NCBI GenBank assembly: GCA_041662745.1
Contig: JBAZRV010000004.1
Location: 6,315 to 70,314 of the forward strand
Source of the DNA: Patescibacteria group bacterium
Lineage (GTDB): Bacteria; Patescibacteriota; Patescibacteriia; 2-01-FULL-39-33
Reading direction: 5' to 3'
Length of the DNA stretch: 64,000 bases
Shown here: piece after piece, positions 48,370 to 58,059 of the stretch
How the letters are laid out: each line of letters opens with the position of its first letter
Numbering within the stretch: position 1 is the first letter of the stretch
Translations under genes and position numbers: made by a program
The notes under the pieces: model-generated
Told to the model about the DNA's origin: nothing
The model's input: the letters and a program-made list of their open reading frames with translations, nothing else
Databases searched by the model: none

Positions 48370-49463
48370 CTTTCCAATAATTCCCTTGTTTGCCGCGCGC
48401 ATTTGTCCCAAGTGAATTCTTGGGATTTTTGTTTTCCTTTTTCCGCCAGTTGCCGTCTAAGGTTTTCGTCAGTAACCGCCTTTTTAATCGCTAAACCTAT
48501 CTCTTCTTCTTGCAGGGGATTCACATAAAGCACGGCTTCACCGCCGATTTCCGGCAAAGAACCGGCATTAGAGGTTACAACCGGCACGCCGCAGGCCAGC
48601 GCTTCCGCCACCGGCAAGCCGAACCCTTCATACAGGCTCGGAAAGACAAAAACCTCGGCGTGACTTAACAACTCGCGCTTTCTGGCTGCCGTAACATAGC
48701 CCAAGTACTTTATTGCTTCTTCTTGCAACTCGGCATTAGCTTGTCTTAATCCTTTGAATATCTCCTTATTCTTCCAGCCGTCTTTTCCGGCCAAGATTAA
48801 TTTAAAATCGCGCGCCGCCGGTTCTTCCTGTTTAAATTTTTTAAACGCTCCGATCAATCGGATCAGATTTTTTCGCGGTTCAATGGTACCCAAATATAAA
48901 ATATACTTCTCCTTGTTTTTTTGCCGATTTATTCCCCTGTCCGCCACACCCTCATAGATTACCTCGATCTTTTCCGGCGCAATGCCGAATAATTTGATAA
49001 TATCCTGTTTGGTGCTGTTAGAAACGGCGATAATTTTATCCGCTCGCCTTAACGATCGCGGCACCAGATAGCGCCGATCAAAGTTAATCAACCGATCGGG
49101 AAATAACTCCGGATAAAGATAAACTGCCAAATCATGGATTGTTACCACGGCTCGGCCGCCATAGCCCAAGGGAATGATATTGGCGGGAAACAGGCAAACG
49201 TCAAGCTTCTGCCGATTAATGAGCCGACCGACCGCCAATTGGGAATAAAAAAACGGCAAATAACGGCGATAACGCGACAAGGACAAATGCTTTATTTCAT
49301 AATCGCCCATTACTATCTCCGACGGCAACTTTTCACCTTCATTTAAAAACAGGACATAATGATTATGCCTGTCTTGGATTAATAAATTTTTAACCACTTG
49401 TCTGCCATACTCCCCGATTCCCGCCGAGGCGGCCAGAGTCCGGCAATCAATTCCGATTCTCAT
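48357..49463 (-). CDS. Glycosyltransferase family 4 (GT1 group)
   Basis: EGFGLPVAEALACGVPVV motif. Confidence 0.75.
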   Translation of the reverse strand: MRIGIDCRTLAASAGIGEYGRQVVKNLLIQDRHNHYVLFLNEGEKLPSEIVMGDYEIKHLSLSRYRRYLPFFYSQLAVGRLINRQKLDVCLFPANIIPLGYGGRAVVTIHDLAVYLYPELFPDRLINFDRRYLVPRSLRRADKIIAVSNSTKQDIIKLFGIAPEKIEVIYEGVADRGINRQKNKEKYILYLGTIEPRKNLIRLIGAFKKFKQEEPAARDFKLILAGKDGWKNKEIFKGLRQANAELQEEAIKYLGYVTAARKRELLSHAEVFVFPSLYEGFGLPVAEALACGVPVVTSNAGSLPEIGGEAVLYVNPLQEEEIGLAIKKAVTDENLRRQLAEKGKQKSQEFTWDKCARQTRELLESYSR

Positions 49464-49466
49464 AGG

Positions 49467-50729
49467 CTATTTGATTAGGCGTCGCAGTTTATCGGCATTC
49501 AAACCCGGTCCGATCAGGGCCAAATTGGCCCGATTAAAATCAAAAATATCCTTAGCCGTCTGTTGCACTTCCTTGGCTGATACCGCGAAAATCTTTTTTA
49601 ATTTCTGTTCCGGCGTCATCAACGGTTTATTCATCAGTTCTTGATTGACGTAAAACTGGGCAATAGACATGGAATCTTCCAAATCCAAAGCGGTTTTGCC
49701 GGCAATGAATTCTTTGGCCCGATTCAGTTCCTCGGCGGTCACGCCGCCAGCCAAAATATTTTTGATTTCCAAAATTATCGTTTCTAAGGCCAACTCCAGT
49801 CGCGCCTTATCCAAGCCCGCCTGAATCACCAAAGATCCGGCATCCTCATACAAATTAGGCCAAGAACGGATAAAATAGGCCAGGCCTTTTTGTTCCCGTA
49901 TATTGATAGACAAACGCGAACTCATGTTGCCTCCCAAAATAATCGCCAAAAGATTCAAAGCATAAACGCGCTTGTCATAAGTGGGAAAAGCGTTAAAACC
50001 CAAAGCCAACTGCACCTGTTCCGTTGCCTTGTTTTTGATTTTTATCCTGGGTTTCTGTTGTCTGACGACCGATCGCCTGATGGCTGATTTCTTGCCCTTG
50101 GGCAAAGAAAACTTAGCCGAGATATCCTTGATCTGCTTGTCGCTGAATTTTCCGGCCAAGCCGATAACGACATTGGCGCCGTTATAATAATTACGCTTGT
50201 AAGCCAGGAGTTTCTTCCTGTCCAACCCCTTGACCGTTTCCTTGCTGCCGGCGATCATGTGGCCCAATTGTCCGCCATCAAACATCAGTTCCTCCAGCAT
50301 TTCTTCCACATGCATCAAGGGATTGTCTTCATACATATTGATCTCTTCTGTAATCACGCCCTTTTCCTTTTCCAGCTCAACAGCATCAAATTTAGAGTTA
50401 ATAACCATGTCCGACAGCATGTCAATCGCCAGCGGCAAATGCCGAGCATCGGATTTGATATAATAGCCGGTCATATCCTTGCCGGTAAAAGCGTTGTATT
50501 CCGCGCCGATGCCGTCTAACTCTTTGGCTAAATCCAAGGTTGTCGGGCGTTTGTTCGTGCCCTTGAACATCATATGCTCAATAAAATGGGAACTGCCGTA
50601 AATTGACGGCGATTCCTGACGGCTACCCACCTTGAACAGGACCAATAAGCTGGCGGTCTGCGTATCATGAAGCGGAGCCGTAATCAACCTAATGCCGTTT
50701 TTTAAGGTTTGTTTTTTATACATAATCAT
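49467..50729 (-). CDS. M16-family zinc peptidase (insulinase-like)
   Basis: HFIEHMMFKGT, the inverted HxxEH zinc-binding motif. Confidence 0.75.
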   Translation of the reverse strand: MIMYKKQTLKNGIRLITAPLHDTQTASLLVLFKVGSRQESPSIYGSSHFIEHMMFKGTNKRPTTLDLAKELDGIGAEYNAFTGKDMTGYYIKSDARHLPLAIDMLSDMVINSKFDAVELEKEKGVITEEINMYEDNPLMHVEEMLEELMFDGGQLGHMIAGSKETVKGLDRKKLLAYKRNYYNGANVVIGLAGKFSDKQIKDISAKFSLPKGKKSAIRRSVVRQQKPRIKIKNKATEQVQLALGFNAFPTYDKRVYALNLLAIILGGNMSSRLSINIREQKGLAYFIRSWPNLYEDAGSLVIQAGLDKARLELALETIILEIKNILAGGVTAEELNRAKEFIAGKTALDLEDSMSIAQFYVNQELMNKPLMTPEQKLKKIFAVSAKEVQQTAKDIFDFNRANLALIGPGLNADKLRRLIK

Positions 50730-50865
50730 TATTTTTGTTAAATTTACAGGGCATTTTAATACTTTCGCTATTTTCCTATTGACAAATAATACGGATATGC
50801 TATAATTACGATAGAATCACGACGAGAAAGGTTCTCTAAGGGTTTCGTCCCGACGAGAGCCTTTT

Positions 50866-51402
50866 TCATTTGTGTTTATTTTTATACTCCAACTTACCTT
50901 TCAAAACATTCAAAAAAATCAAGATATTATTTGCCGGAGAACTTAAGCGATCCAAAAGACAAGAATAATTATTTTGATTCGGAATTAACACTCTCTTGAG
51001 TTTTGCGTTATTGATCAGATATTCTACCAAACAATAAAAATCACCATCACCGGAGACAATAATGGCCTTGTCATAATTAGAGTGTTCAATCATAGTATGC
51101 AATACCAATTCGGCATCTACATTACCCTTAACCGTACCATCGGCTAATTCCAGCGTCGGTTTAAACACGCAAATATAGCCATACTCCTGTAATTTTGTAT
51201 ACATCGCTTGATTGCCGGGTTTAAAGCCAATGAACAGGAAGGCCTTTTCAATGCCATATTTATCCTTAAGATAAACCCTGAATCTTCTATAATCAAGTTG
51301 CCAGCCGGAATAAATTTTCCGGTCTTTTTTATAAATGTCTTTTGACAAGCTTTGATATAAATTATTGCTGTCAATAAAAGCGTAATTTTTTTCTTGCGGC
51401 AT
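50866..51402 (-). CDS. NYN (LabA-like) domain protein
   Basis: YAFIDSNNLY...IIVSGDGDF, an NYN/PIN-like core. Confidence 0.55.
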   Translation of the reverse strand: MPQEKNYAFIDSNNLYQSLSKDIYKKDRKIYSGWQLDYRRFRVYLKDKYGIEKAFLFIGFKPGNQAMYTKLQEYGYICVFKPTLELADGTVKGNVDAELVLHTMIEHSNYDKAIIVSGDGDFYCLVEYLINNAKLKRVLIPNQNNYSCLLDRLSSPANNILIFLNVLKGKLEYKNKHK

Positions 51403-51422
51403 ATTATTTTATATAGATAATC

Positions 51423-52481
51423 TTAGCAAGTATAAGCCAAATTAGCAATTTTTCGTTGTAACTTATAGCTCTGGCCGTGACTCAATAAACCCAAATATGA
51501 ATTTATGGTCTCCAAACTATGGTTTCCTCTCACTCGCCTGAACATTCTTCTTTTACTCGTCGTCCGAAACACCCGATGGTCAAAAAAAGTCACCCAGCCA
51601 AGAAAGTCCAAACCGGAGTTCAGGGTTTTAATGAATAACTTATCAGGATGAAGCATCAGCTTCATTTTATCTCTCAAATATTCATCAATTATTGGAATAA
51701 TATTTTCCAAATATTCTTTATCGTCAGCCATAATCACGAAATCATCGGCATAACGGATATAATGCTTGACTTGCAATTTATGTTTGACGAATTGATCAAA
51801 CTTGTTCATGTAAATATTAACCAAGAGTTGTGAGGTCAGATTGCCTAATGGCAGACCCCTACCACCGCCATTATTCCCACTCTCCCTCTTGTCATTCCCG
51901 CGGAGACGGGAATCCAGGTTATCTTCAATATTATCAAAACTGTCAATTACTTCATCCAATAATCCTAAAATACTTTTATCCGGGATATACTCGGCCAGAA
52001 TCTCTTTCAATATCCTATGGTCAATATTGGCAAAAAATTTCCTGATGTCACCCTTCAAAATCCAGCAAGTGCGGGTATTATTTTTGCTGGCGGCATAAGC
52101 GAATTCCCTGAACCGAGCCAGGGCCTTGTGCGTGCCCTTGCCCAGTCGGCAAGAATAGGAATCGGCAATGAAAGTCCGATCAAAAAACGGATACAAAATC
52201 CGATAAATCGCATGGTGAACCAATCTATCGCGGACAGACGCCTTATGAATTTGCCGCGGTTTGGGATCGCAGATCTTAAAGGCCTGGTAGCCGCCGTGGC
52301 GATAAACACCGGTTGCCAAATACCGATGCAATGCGATAAGATTATCCATGAGGCGCAATTGGAATTCCTGCGCGTCTTTTCTGCCCCTTTTGCCCCTGAC
52401 AAATTCCTGCCAAGCCAATAATAAATTATCAAGACAAATAATATCTTCAAAAGTATGGCTCAATTTGATTTTCCCGTTCAT
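51423..52481 (-). CDS. Diversity-generating retroelement (DGR) reverse transcriptase. It contains an in-frame MITE-like insertion.
   Basis: YADD box (YIRYADDFVIM). Motif 4 is LGNLTSQ, the DGR-type I/LGxxxSQ rather than the group II QGxxxSP. SYSCRLGKGTHKAL motif. There is no room for intron domains V/VI. TR, avd and VR are adjacent. RBS AAAGGA precedes the ATG at 52481. Confidence 0.75.
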   Translation of the reverse strand: MNGKIKLSHTFEDIICLDNLLLAWQEFVRGKRGRKDAQEFQLRLMDNLIALHRYLATGVYRHGGYQAFKICDPKPRQIHKASVRDRLVHHAIYRILYPFFDRTFIADSYSCRLGKGTHKALARFREFAYAASKNNTRTCWILKGDIRKFFANIDHRILKEILAEYIPDKSILGLLDEVIDSFDNIEDNLDSRLRGNDKRESGNNGGGRGLPLGNLTSQLLVNIYMNKFDQFVKHKLQVKHYIRYADDFVIMADDKEYLENIIPIIDEYLRDKMKLMLHPDKLFIKTLNSGLDFLGWVTFFDHRVFRTTSKRRMFRRVRGNHSLETINSYLGLLSHGQSYKLQRKIANLAYTC

Positions 52482-52869
52482 AATAATTCCTTTAATTACC
52501 CCCCCCCCGACGGAAGATTTATCAATCATCAAAAAACTCGTTGAGACCTTTAAGCTCTGGCACGGCTATGTAAAGCATTTCCCCAAAACCTCCCGCTATT
52601 CGTTGGGCGGAAAAATAGACGGCCTGTTTTCTGATCTGATTGAATCGGCATACACCGCCGGCTATCTGCCCCAAACGGAAAAACTGCCGTTCATAGAAAA
52701 ATCCATCGACAAACTGAATTTGCTTAATTTTTTTATGCAAATCGCCTGGGAGCTGAAGGCGTTTGACAACAACAAATACAAAAATATTTCCTTATTGCTT
52801 AATGAAATCGGCCGAATGCTGGGCGGCTGGCGCAAACGGATAAAAAAAGAAACTTCCGCCCCAAAATAA
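52348..52869 (+). CDS. avd: Avd-like four-helix-bundle protein. The functional start is probably near 52515; no ATG is in frame there, so a non-canonical start or frameshift is possible.
   Basis: The C-terminal 115 aa (IKKLVETFKLWHGY...NEIGRMLGGWRKRIKK) resemble the four-helix-bundle/Avd family. It is located between the RT and TR2. Confidence 0.55.
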   Translation: MRRNWNSCASFLPLLPLTNSCQANNKLSRQIISSKVWLNLIFPFIIIPLITPPPTEDLSIIKKLVETFKLWHGYVKHFPKTSRYSLGGKIDGLFSDLIESAYTAGYLPQTEKLPFIEKSIDKLNLLNFFMQIAWELKAFDNNKYKNISLLLNEIGRMLGGWRKRIKKETSAPK

Positions 52870-52889
52870 CCGGGCGGAAGAATGGAGAG

Positions 52890-53020
52890 ATTTGCGGAAA
52901 CAAACGCGAAACGGTTGTCGCTATTGTAGAAATTGTCAGGCCTGCCATTGTTGGCATTAAGCCACGGCTCATCGTCATTACGTTTGACGTTGAACACATT
53001 CGGGTTGCCGTCCGAGTCGG
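52890..53020 (-). repeat. DGR template repeat TR2
   Basis: 131 bp, about 80% identical to 53352-53482. In the target frame it encodes NDDEPWLNANNGRPDNFYNSDNRFAFVSAN, rich in AAC codons. About 25 mismatches to the VR, all at TR adenines on the minus strand. Confidence 0.85.
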
Positions 53021-53342
53021 TTAAATGTCCAAAACGCCGCCAAAACCACCGCCCCTTGATCCGCCGGCTGACGGACTCTCGGGACTGAATCTTATCCGTG
53101 AGCTAAACTCACTTAGCGCCTTAGACCAAGTATCTTCATTTTTAGCAATTATAATTGATACTGGCAAAAGGCGTGCCCGTTGCCACTCCGCAAATTATAA
53201 TTGCAGAATTCGATCATCCGAAGCCGTAACCGCAGATATGTCAATCTACTATCCTAAATATATTTTAACAAACAAAAATAAAAATAAAAAGGAATTAAGG
53301 GTTTAAGGATTAAAGAATAACAATACTTAAGATTTTAAGGAT

Positions 53343-55238
53343 TTAAGTGTTACTTGCGGAAACAAACGCGAAACGGCTGACGCCATAGTAGAAACGGCCA
53401 GGCCCGCCACAGTAGGCACCAAGCCACGGCTCACCGCCACTACGCTCGACGTCGAACACACTCGGGTCGCCGCCCGAGCCGGAAATTGGTTCCATACCGA
53501 TTAAAATCCATTCGCCCAGCGGTTGGTCAGTATATTGTAAACGAAGCTGGGGGCCGGTTTCCGGCGGGCAGAATTCTAAGCCGAGTTTCTTGGCTTGTTC
53601 GTAAATATCCTTGAGCTTGGCGCCGCCTTTGAAACCCAAATCCGCAACAGCCAAGATAATTAACTTTTCTTTGGTTTCTTTTTTGGCCACGGCAAATTCC
53701 GGCTTGCCCATTATGTCTTTGGCCCAATCACTGGTCTGCCCGCCTTTTTTCTCTATGGCTTTAATGAAATCATCTTTGGTTTTTAGTCCGGTGCCCAGTT
53801 CAATGGTTTTCTGTTTGATTCGGCCCTCGGGGAATTCAGTGTAAATATGTTCCAGGTTTGAGGGCAATAGTTTGAAGATGTTGAGGAATAATTCGCCGAC
53901 ATAGACCTTAATGTCTTTTTCTTGTTTAAGCGCTTGCTCTAATTCCTGTTTGTTGTGGATAATCTGGCTCGGTTTGCAGTCAAAAATTACGAGCATGTCG
54001 GCATTCTTGTCCCGTTGACCCCGCAGTTCTTTGATGCGCGGATCTTTCTGGTAGCCAAAGCCCTCAATCGGCGAATTTATTTCGTAAAGGAAGATGAGAT
54101 CTTCTTTGTCTAATGACTTACCTTGCCGGATTTTCTTATCCAGAGCGGTTAAGCGGCTCATGTCCTGCGATTTCTTCTCGTAGCTCTCATGTCCGGGCAG
54201 AGTTCTGGCTTTATCTTGGGCGATATCCACTAAAGCCGGTTCAAGATTTTGTTCCGCATTAATACCCCCAATTTCAGCTATTTGATCATTCTGCATTCTG
54301 ATGGCGATGCGGGGAATCTTAGGTTGGCCTTGATCATTATTGCTGTAATACACATAAAAATCGCCTTCTTTTAATTGCGCCTGGGCCGTGCTTTCTCCGG
54401 CCGTGCACCAGCCCGTGCCGTGGCCTTGGAGTGACTGGCATAGTTTTTGGTAGTCGTCGCCTTGATCGTATTTGACCCATTGGCCCTGGATATTTTCCTT
54501 TTGCTCTTGGCTGGCGGGGGTAACTTTTTCAATGGCATAGGCGTAAAGCTTGGCGAAATTGGCGCCTTCCAGTATTTTGCCCAGTTCTGCATTGATTGGC
54601 GAAGACGCGTTATCCACACCATGCCGTTTATTGACAATATCCAAAACCAAAGCCAAGGCCTCGCGGTTAAGATCGGGAAAAACGCCCCGAGTGAATTGGC
54701 TGCGTTTTTTGAATTCGTGCTTCTGCTTATCAAATTCAGCCAGGCCAGTCACGGAACGAAGGGCAAAATACTTGAGCCAAGTCGGATACATGGCATCTTC
54801 CGACGACAGGTAATCAAACCAGTTGCTTAAGCCGGCCTCCTGGTCTTTGACCGCGGATTCCAAAATCTGCTCCTGCATTTCCCGGGTTACTTCAATATCG
54901 CCATGGCCTTGTTCGCGGGCGACGCGCTTGTCCAAATCAAAAAAATTACCCGGTAAATCGTCAATGGTTTTATGGCGCAAGGGAATGGCCGAATCTAGGA
55001 TTTTATTCTTAAGGTAATCCAACCTGAATTCCCTAAGATTTTGGCCCTTGAGATATTCCTCTTCCGGCGTAGAAAAAATTTCCTCCAAACGATCCAGGTA
55101 AGTGCCAAGTCGGCCTTCCGGAGTATTAGCGACTTTTTCGCCGACACGGATTTTTTTGCGCGCTGAAGCAGACGCCACTTCTGGAGTTTTTTGCAGATCT
55201 TCAAATTTATTATGGAGAAAACGTTCTGGGGAGGGCAT
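53343..55238 (-). CDS. DGR target protein, 631 aa, with a C-terminal C-type-lectin/FGE-like variable domain and no signal peptide
   Basis: Complete ORF. The last 45 codons are the VR. The C-terminal ...GxxRxxxGxSRFAFV pattern is typical of DGR CLec-fold targets. Confidence 0.7.
   Translation of the reverse strand: MPSPERFLHNKFEDLQKTPEVASASARKKIRVGEKVANTPEGRLGTYLDRLEEIFSTPEEEYLKGQNLREFRLDYLKNKILDSAIPLRHKTIDDLPGNFFDLDKRVAREQGHGDIEVTREMQEQILESAVKDQEAGLSNWFDYLSSEDAMYPTWLKYFALRSVTGLAEFDKQKHEFKKRSQFTRGVFPDLNREALALVLDIVNKRHGVDNASSPINAELGKILEGANFAKLYAYAIEKVTPASQEQKENIQGQWVKYDQGDDYQKLCQSLQGHGTGWCTAGESTAQAQLKEGDFYVYYSNNDQGQPKIPRIAIRMQNDQIAEIGGINAEQNLEPALVDIAQDKARTLPGHESYEKKSQDMSRLTALDKKIRQGKSLDKEDLIFLYEINSPIEGFGYQKDPRIKELRGQRDKNADMLVIFDCKPSQIIHNKQELEQALKQEKDIKVYVGELFLNIFKLLPSNLEHIYTEFPEGRIKQKTIELGTGLKTKDDFIKAIEKKGGQTSDWAKDIMGKPEFAVAKKETKEKLIILAVADLGFKGGAKLKDIYEQAKKLGLEFCPPETGPQLRLQYTDQPLGEWILIGMEPISGSGGDPSVFDVERSGGEPWLGAYCGGPGRFYYGVSRFAFVSASNT
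53352..53482 (-). repeat. DGR variable repeat VR2 at the 3' end of the 631-aa target gene
   Basis: Encodes SGGEPWLGAYCGGPGRFYYGVSRFAFVSAS. Every difference from TR2 is at an adenine-templated position. The 3' 23 nt (TTGCGGAAACAAACGCGAAACGG on the plus strand) are identical in TR and VR, consistent with an IMH. Confidence 0.85.
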
Positions 55239-55244
55239 ACGGAT

Positions 55245-56624
55245 TTAACTAATTTTCTCTTTAACCCACTCCTTCAACTCCTCTACTTTAATAAGTTCTT
55301 GCTTCATGGTGTCGCGGTTACGGACAGTAACAGTACCTTTTTCCAAAGTGTCAAAATCAACCGTAATGCAGTAAGGCGTGCCGATTTCATCCTGCCGGCG
55401 ATAGCGTTTGCCCACATTGCCGTTATCGTCAAACTCGCATTTGAATTCGCTTTTCAGGCTAGCAAAAATCTCCCGCGCCTTGGCCACCAATTCCGACTTA
55501 TTCTTAAGCAAGGGAAAAATCGCCACCTTAACCGGCGCGATCCTGGCCGGAAACTTCAACACCACGCGGACATCATCGCCTTCAAGTTTTTCTTCGGTAT
55601 AAGCGGCAGAGAGAGCTACGAGCACTGAGCGATCCAAACCGAAAGTCGGTTCCAAAACATGAGGCAAATATTTCCGGCCGGCCTGCTGATCAAAATATTC
55701 CAAATTAGTGCCGGAAAATTTCTGATGCTGACTCAAGTCAAAATCACCGCGATGCGCCAGCCCGAACAACTCGGCGAAACCAAAAGGAAAGTTATATTCA
55801 ATGTCCACGGTTTTGCGGGAGTAATGCGACAATTTCTCTTTGGGATGCTCGTAATGCTTCAAATCCTCTTTTTTGGCTCCCAGCTCAAGAGCAAATTCCT
55901 CCTGAGCCTTCAGCCACCCCTTGAACAACGGTTCCCATCTCTCTTCGGGAGAAATAAAATATTCTATTTCCATCTGCTCAAATTCGCGCACGCGAAAGAT
56001 AAAATTACGCGCCACAATCTCATTGCGAAAGGCCTTGCCTATTTGGCCGATGCCAAACGGCACCTTCACTCGGCAAGAATCAACCACATTCTTAAAGTCG
56101 GAAAAGATTGCGCCGGCCGTTTCCGGACGCAAGTAAACCGGCTCATCAATGCCGTTCATTTCCGTCTTAAACATCATATTGAAAAATCGGGCTTCGGTCC
56201 AATCTTTCTTGCCGCAATTGGGACAGTTGATCTTTTCTTGGATGACCTTGGTCATTTCCTCCAGCTTGCCCTCTAAATCCTCCCCCAGGACTTCGCTGAT
56301 TAAATTATCGGCCCGATAACGCATCTGGCAATTCTTGCAATCAACCATAGCGTCGTTAAAACCGCTCAAATGGCCGGACGCCTCCCAAAGCTTGGGGTGC
56401 AGCAGGATGGGCCCGTCAATACCCACCATATCCTCGCGTTCGGTAATAAATATTTTCCACCACAAAGCCTTAATGTTATTCTTAAGTTCCACGCCGTATG
56501 GCCCATAGGAGTAAGCGTTGGAAAAACCGCCGTAAATTTCGCACGCCGGAAAAATAAATCCCTTGCGCTTGCATAAAGACACGATTTTCTCCATTTTGTC
56601 GTTCTGTTGCTGTTTATTAGCCAT
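55245..56624 (-). CDS. glyQS: Glycine--tRNA ligase (alpha2 dimeric type)
   Basis: MEKIVSLCKRKGFIFPACEIYGG...YGPYGVELKNNIK matches the GlyQS N-terminus. The length fits. Confidence 0.8.
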   Translation of the reverse strand: MANKQQQNDKMEKIVSLCKRKGFIFPACEIYGGFSNAYSYGPYGVELKNNIKALWWKIFITEREDMVGIDGPILLHPKLWEASGHLSGFNDAMVDCKNCQMRYRADNLISEVLGEDLEGKLEEMTKVIQEKINCPNCGKKDWTEARFFNMMFKTEMNGIDEPVYLRPETAGAIFSDFKNVVDSCRVKVPFGIGQIGKAFRNEIVARNFIFRVREFEQMEIEYFISPEERWEPLFKGWLKAQEEFALELGAKKEDLKHYEHPKEKLSHYSRKTVDIEYNFPFGFAELFGLAHRGDFDLSQHQKFSGTNLEYFDQQAGRKYLPHVLEPTFGLDRSVLVALSAAYTEEKLEGDDVRVVLKFPARIAPVKVAIFPLLKNKSELVAKAREIFASLKSEFKCEFDDNGNVGKRYRRQDEIGTPYCITVDFDTLEKGTVTVRNRDTMKQELIKVEELKEWVKEKIS

Positions 56625-56724
56625 AAAAAAATTATTTCGTAACTTACCCTGTTAAATCGGGTAAAACCAAAGCGCTAATCGCGCCCCTTAACCTGGTAAA
56701 TCTTAACTAAAATCGCCGGTTTAG

Positions 56725-57330
56725 TCAAAAACCGGCTCGATCAGTTCCCCCGGCCACCCGGCCTCGCCGTTTCATAAGGTTATACTTGATCAACCACTCT
56801 ATTTTGCGGGTTATAATTTCATCATCAATCTTCGCCAAGATTGTCTGGCCTACCAAATCCACCGGTGCCTGATAAACCGCTTGAGCGGCCGGAATAAAAG
56901 TATAATTCAAAAAATACTTGGAACAATAAACCAACAAATAAGAGTTGCGCGGCATAAAACTGATGATTAATCCGACTCCTACCGCCGCCGTTACCGTCGC
57001 CAAAGCCGCCTCGCCGGCCAAGTGCCGCCAAAAAAAACTTTTCTTGCTAACCGGCTTCACGCGCCTGGTCTGCACCCAAACCGAGGGACGCGTTGGCAGA
57101 TGATTCTCCAATTCTTTGTCCAGATGCTGATGAAGGCCGGACAAAAACTCGGCCAAACGCTTGGGTTCGGCATACCATTCTTCACCGACTTTAAAAGCTT
57201 TGAGTTTGCCTTTTACCGCCAAATTCACCAAATACTGCCGGCGAACATTAAACTTTTTAGCGGCCTCCGACAGAGCCACTAATTCGGTCTGCAATGAATC
57301 AGTTAACTGTTGTTTTAATTCTTCAGTCAT
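56725..57330 (-). CDS. HTH (excisionase/MerR-like) DNA-binding protein with a C-terminal TM segment
   Basis: ELVALSEAAKKFNVRRQYLVNLAVKGKLKAFKVGEEWY looks like an HTH_17. A C-terminal hydrophobic helix follows. Confidence 0.4.
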   Translation of the reverse strand: MTEELKQQLTDSLQTELVALSEAAKKFNVRRQYLVNLAVKGKLKAFKVGEEWYAEPKRLAEFLSGLHQHLDKELENHLPTRPSVWVQTRRVKPVSKKSFFWRHLAGEAALATVTAAVGVGLIISFMPRNSYLLVYCSKYFLNYTFIPAAQAVYQAPVDLVGQTILAKIDDEIITRKIEWLIKYNLMKRRGRVAGGTDRAGF

Positions 57331-57407
57331 GGCTGTATTATAGCATAAACAATCCGACGCTGACAAAACAAAAAGCCGCCCGGCAAGGGACGGCTTAAAC
57401 ACAAAAA

Positions 57408-57950
57408 TTATTTGGTTGCTGTTTTTTGATCGCTGATGTATTTGCTGATAGCCTGAACCACGCGCGAATCCTTCTTCAGTTTTTCTGTTAAGAGAATCAT
57501 GTCGCGGTTGATAACCATGCGATCGGAGGGCCCGTGGATTTCATTGCCTAATTTTATCAGGGTTAACTCCTGTTGCGATTGATCGCTGGCAGCGGTGGCG
57601 CTCTGTTGGGTTTGTTGCAACGGCTTGGTAACAACCTGCAGATAATAAATATCGGTCAGGGTCAAAGTCTTTCTGCCGACGGCGGTAACTTTGCCGAAGT
57701 AAACTTGACCGTTGCCTAAGAAGACCGCTTGCCAATCGGCTGACGAGACATGAGCAATGGGATCGCCGCCTAAAAGCGAACCGCCCCAACGCATAACCGC
57801 CCCGACCGCCAGAACCGCGATAATCAAAACAATGAGAATGCTGATGATTGATTTCCAAACGCCTCTTTTTCTGCGTCCGGCCATCGGCATTTCTGAGGGC
57901 AGACCCGCCTCAGGCATATCATCCATAGAACGAAATTTTGCGTAAGCCAT
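57408..57950 (-). CDS. Hypothetical single-pass membrane protein
   Basis: Complete ORF with one N-terminal TM helix. Confidence 0.4.
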   Translation of the reverse strand: MAYAKFRSMDDMPEAGLPSEMPMAGRRKRGVWKSIISILIVLIIAVLAVGAVMRWGGSLLGGDPIAHVSSADWQAVFLGNGQVYFGKVTAVGRKTLTLTDIYYLQVVTKPLQQTQQSATAASDQSQQELTLIKLGNEIHGPSDRMVINRDMILLTEKLKKDSRVVQAISKYISDQKTATK

Positions 57951-58059
57951 GTTATTTTCTCCTCAATGCGGCAAAATGGAGCCGCTTTAATTATTTATTA
58001 TTTGATTAACTATAATCAGTATAGCAAAAATCTTAGCTCAATCAAACTTAAACCGAATG

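Noticed and set aside
51423-52532. Group II intron reverse transcriptase/maturase call for the YADD-box RT
   Set aside because: Motif 4 is LGNLTSQ, which is DGR-type rather than QGxxxSP. A gene starts 20 bp after the RT stop, so no space exists for ribozyme domains V/VI. TR, VR and Avd lie adjacent.
52662-52997. 111-aa ORF on the minus strand
   Set aside because: It is simply the DGR template repeat read in the target frame, extended into noncoding sequence. It is not a gene.
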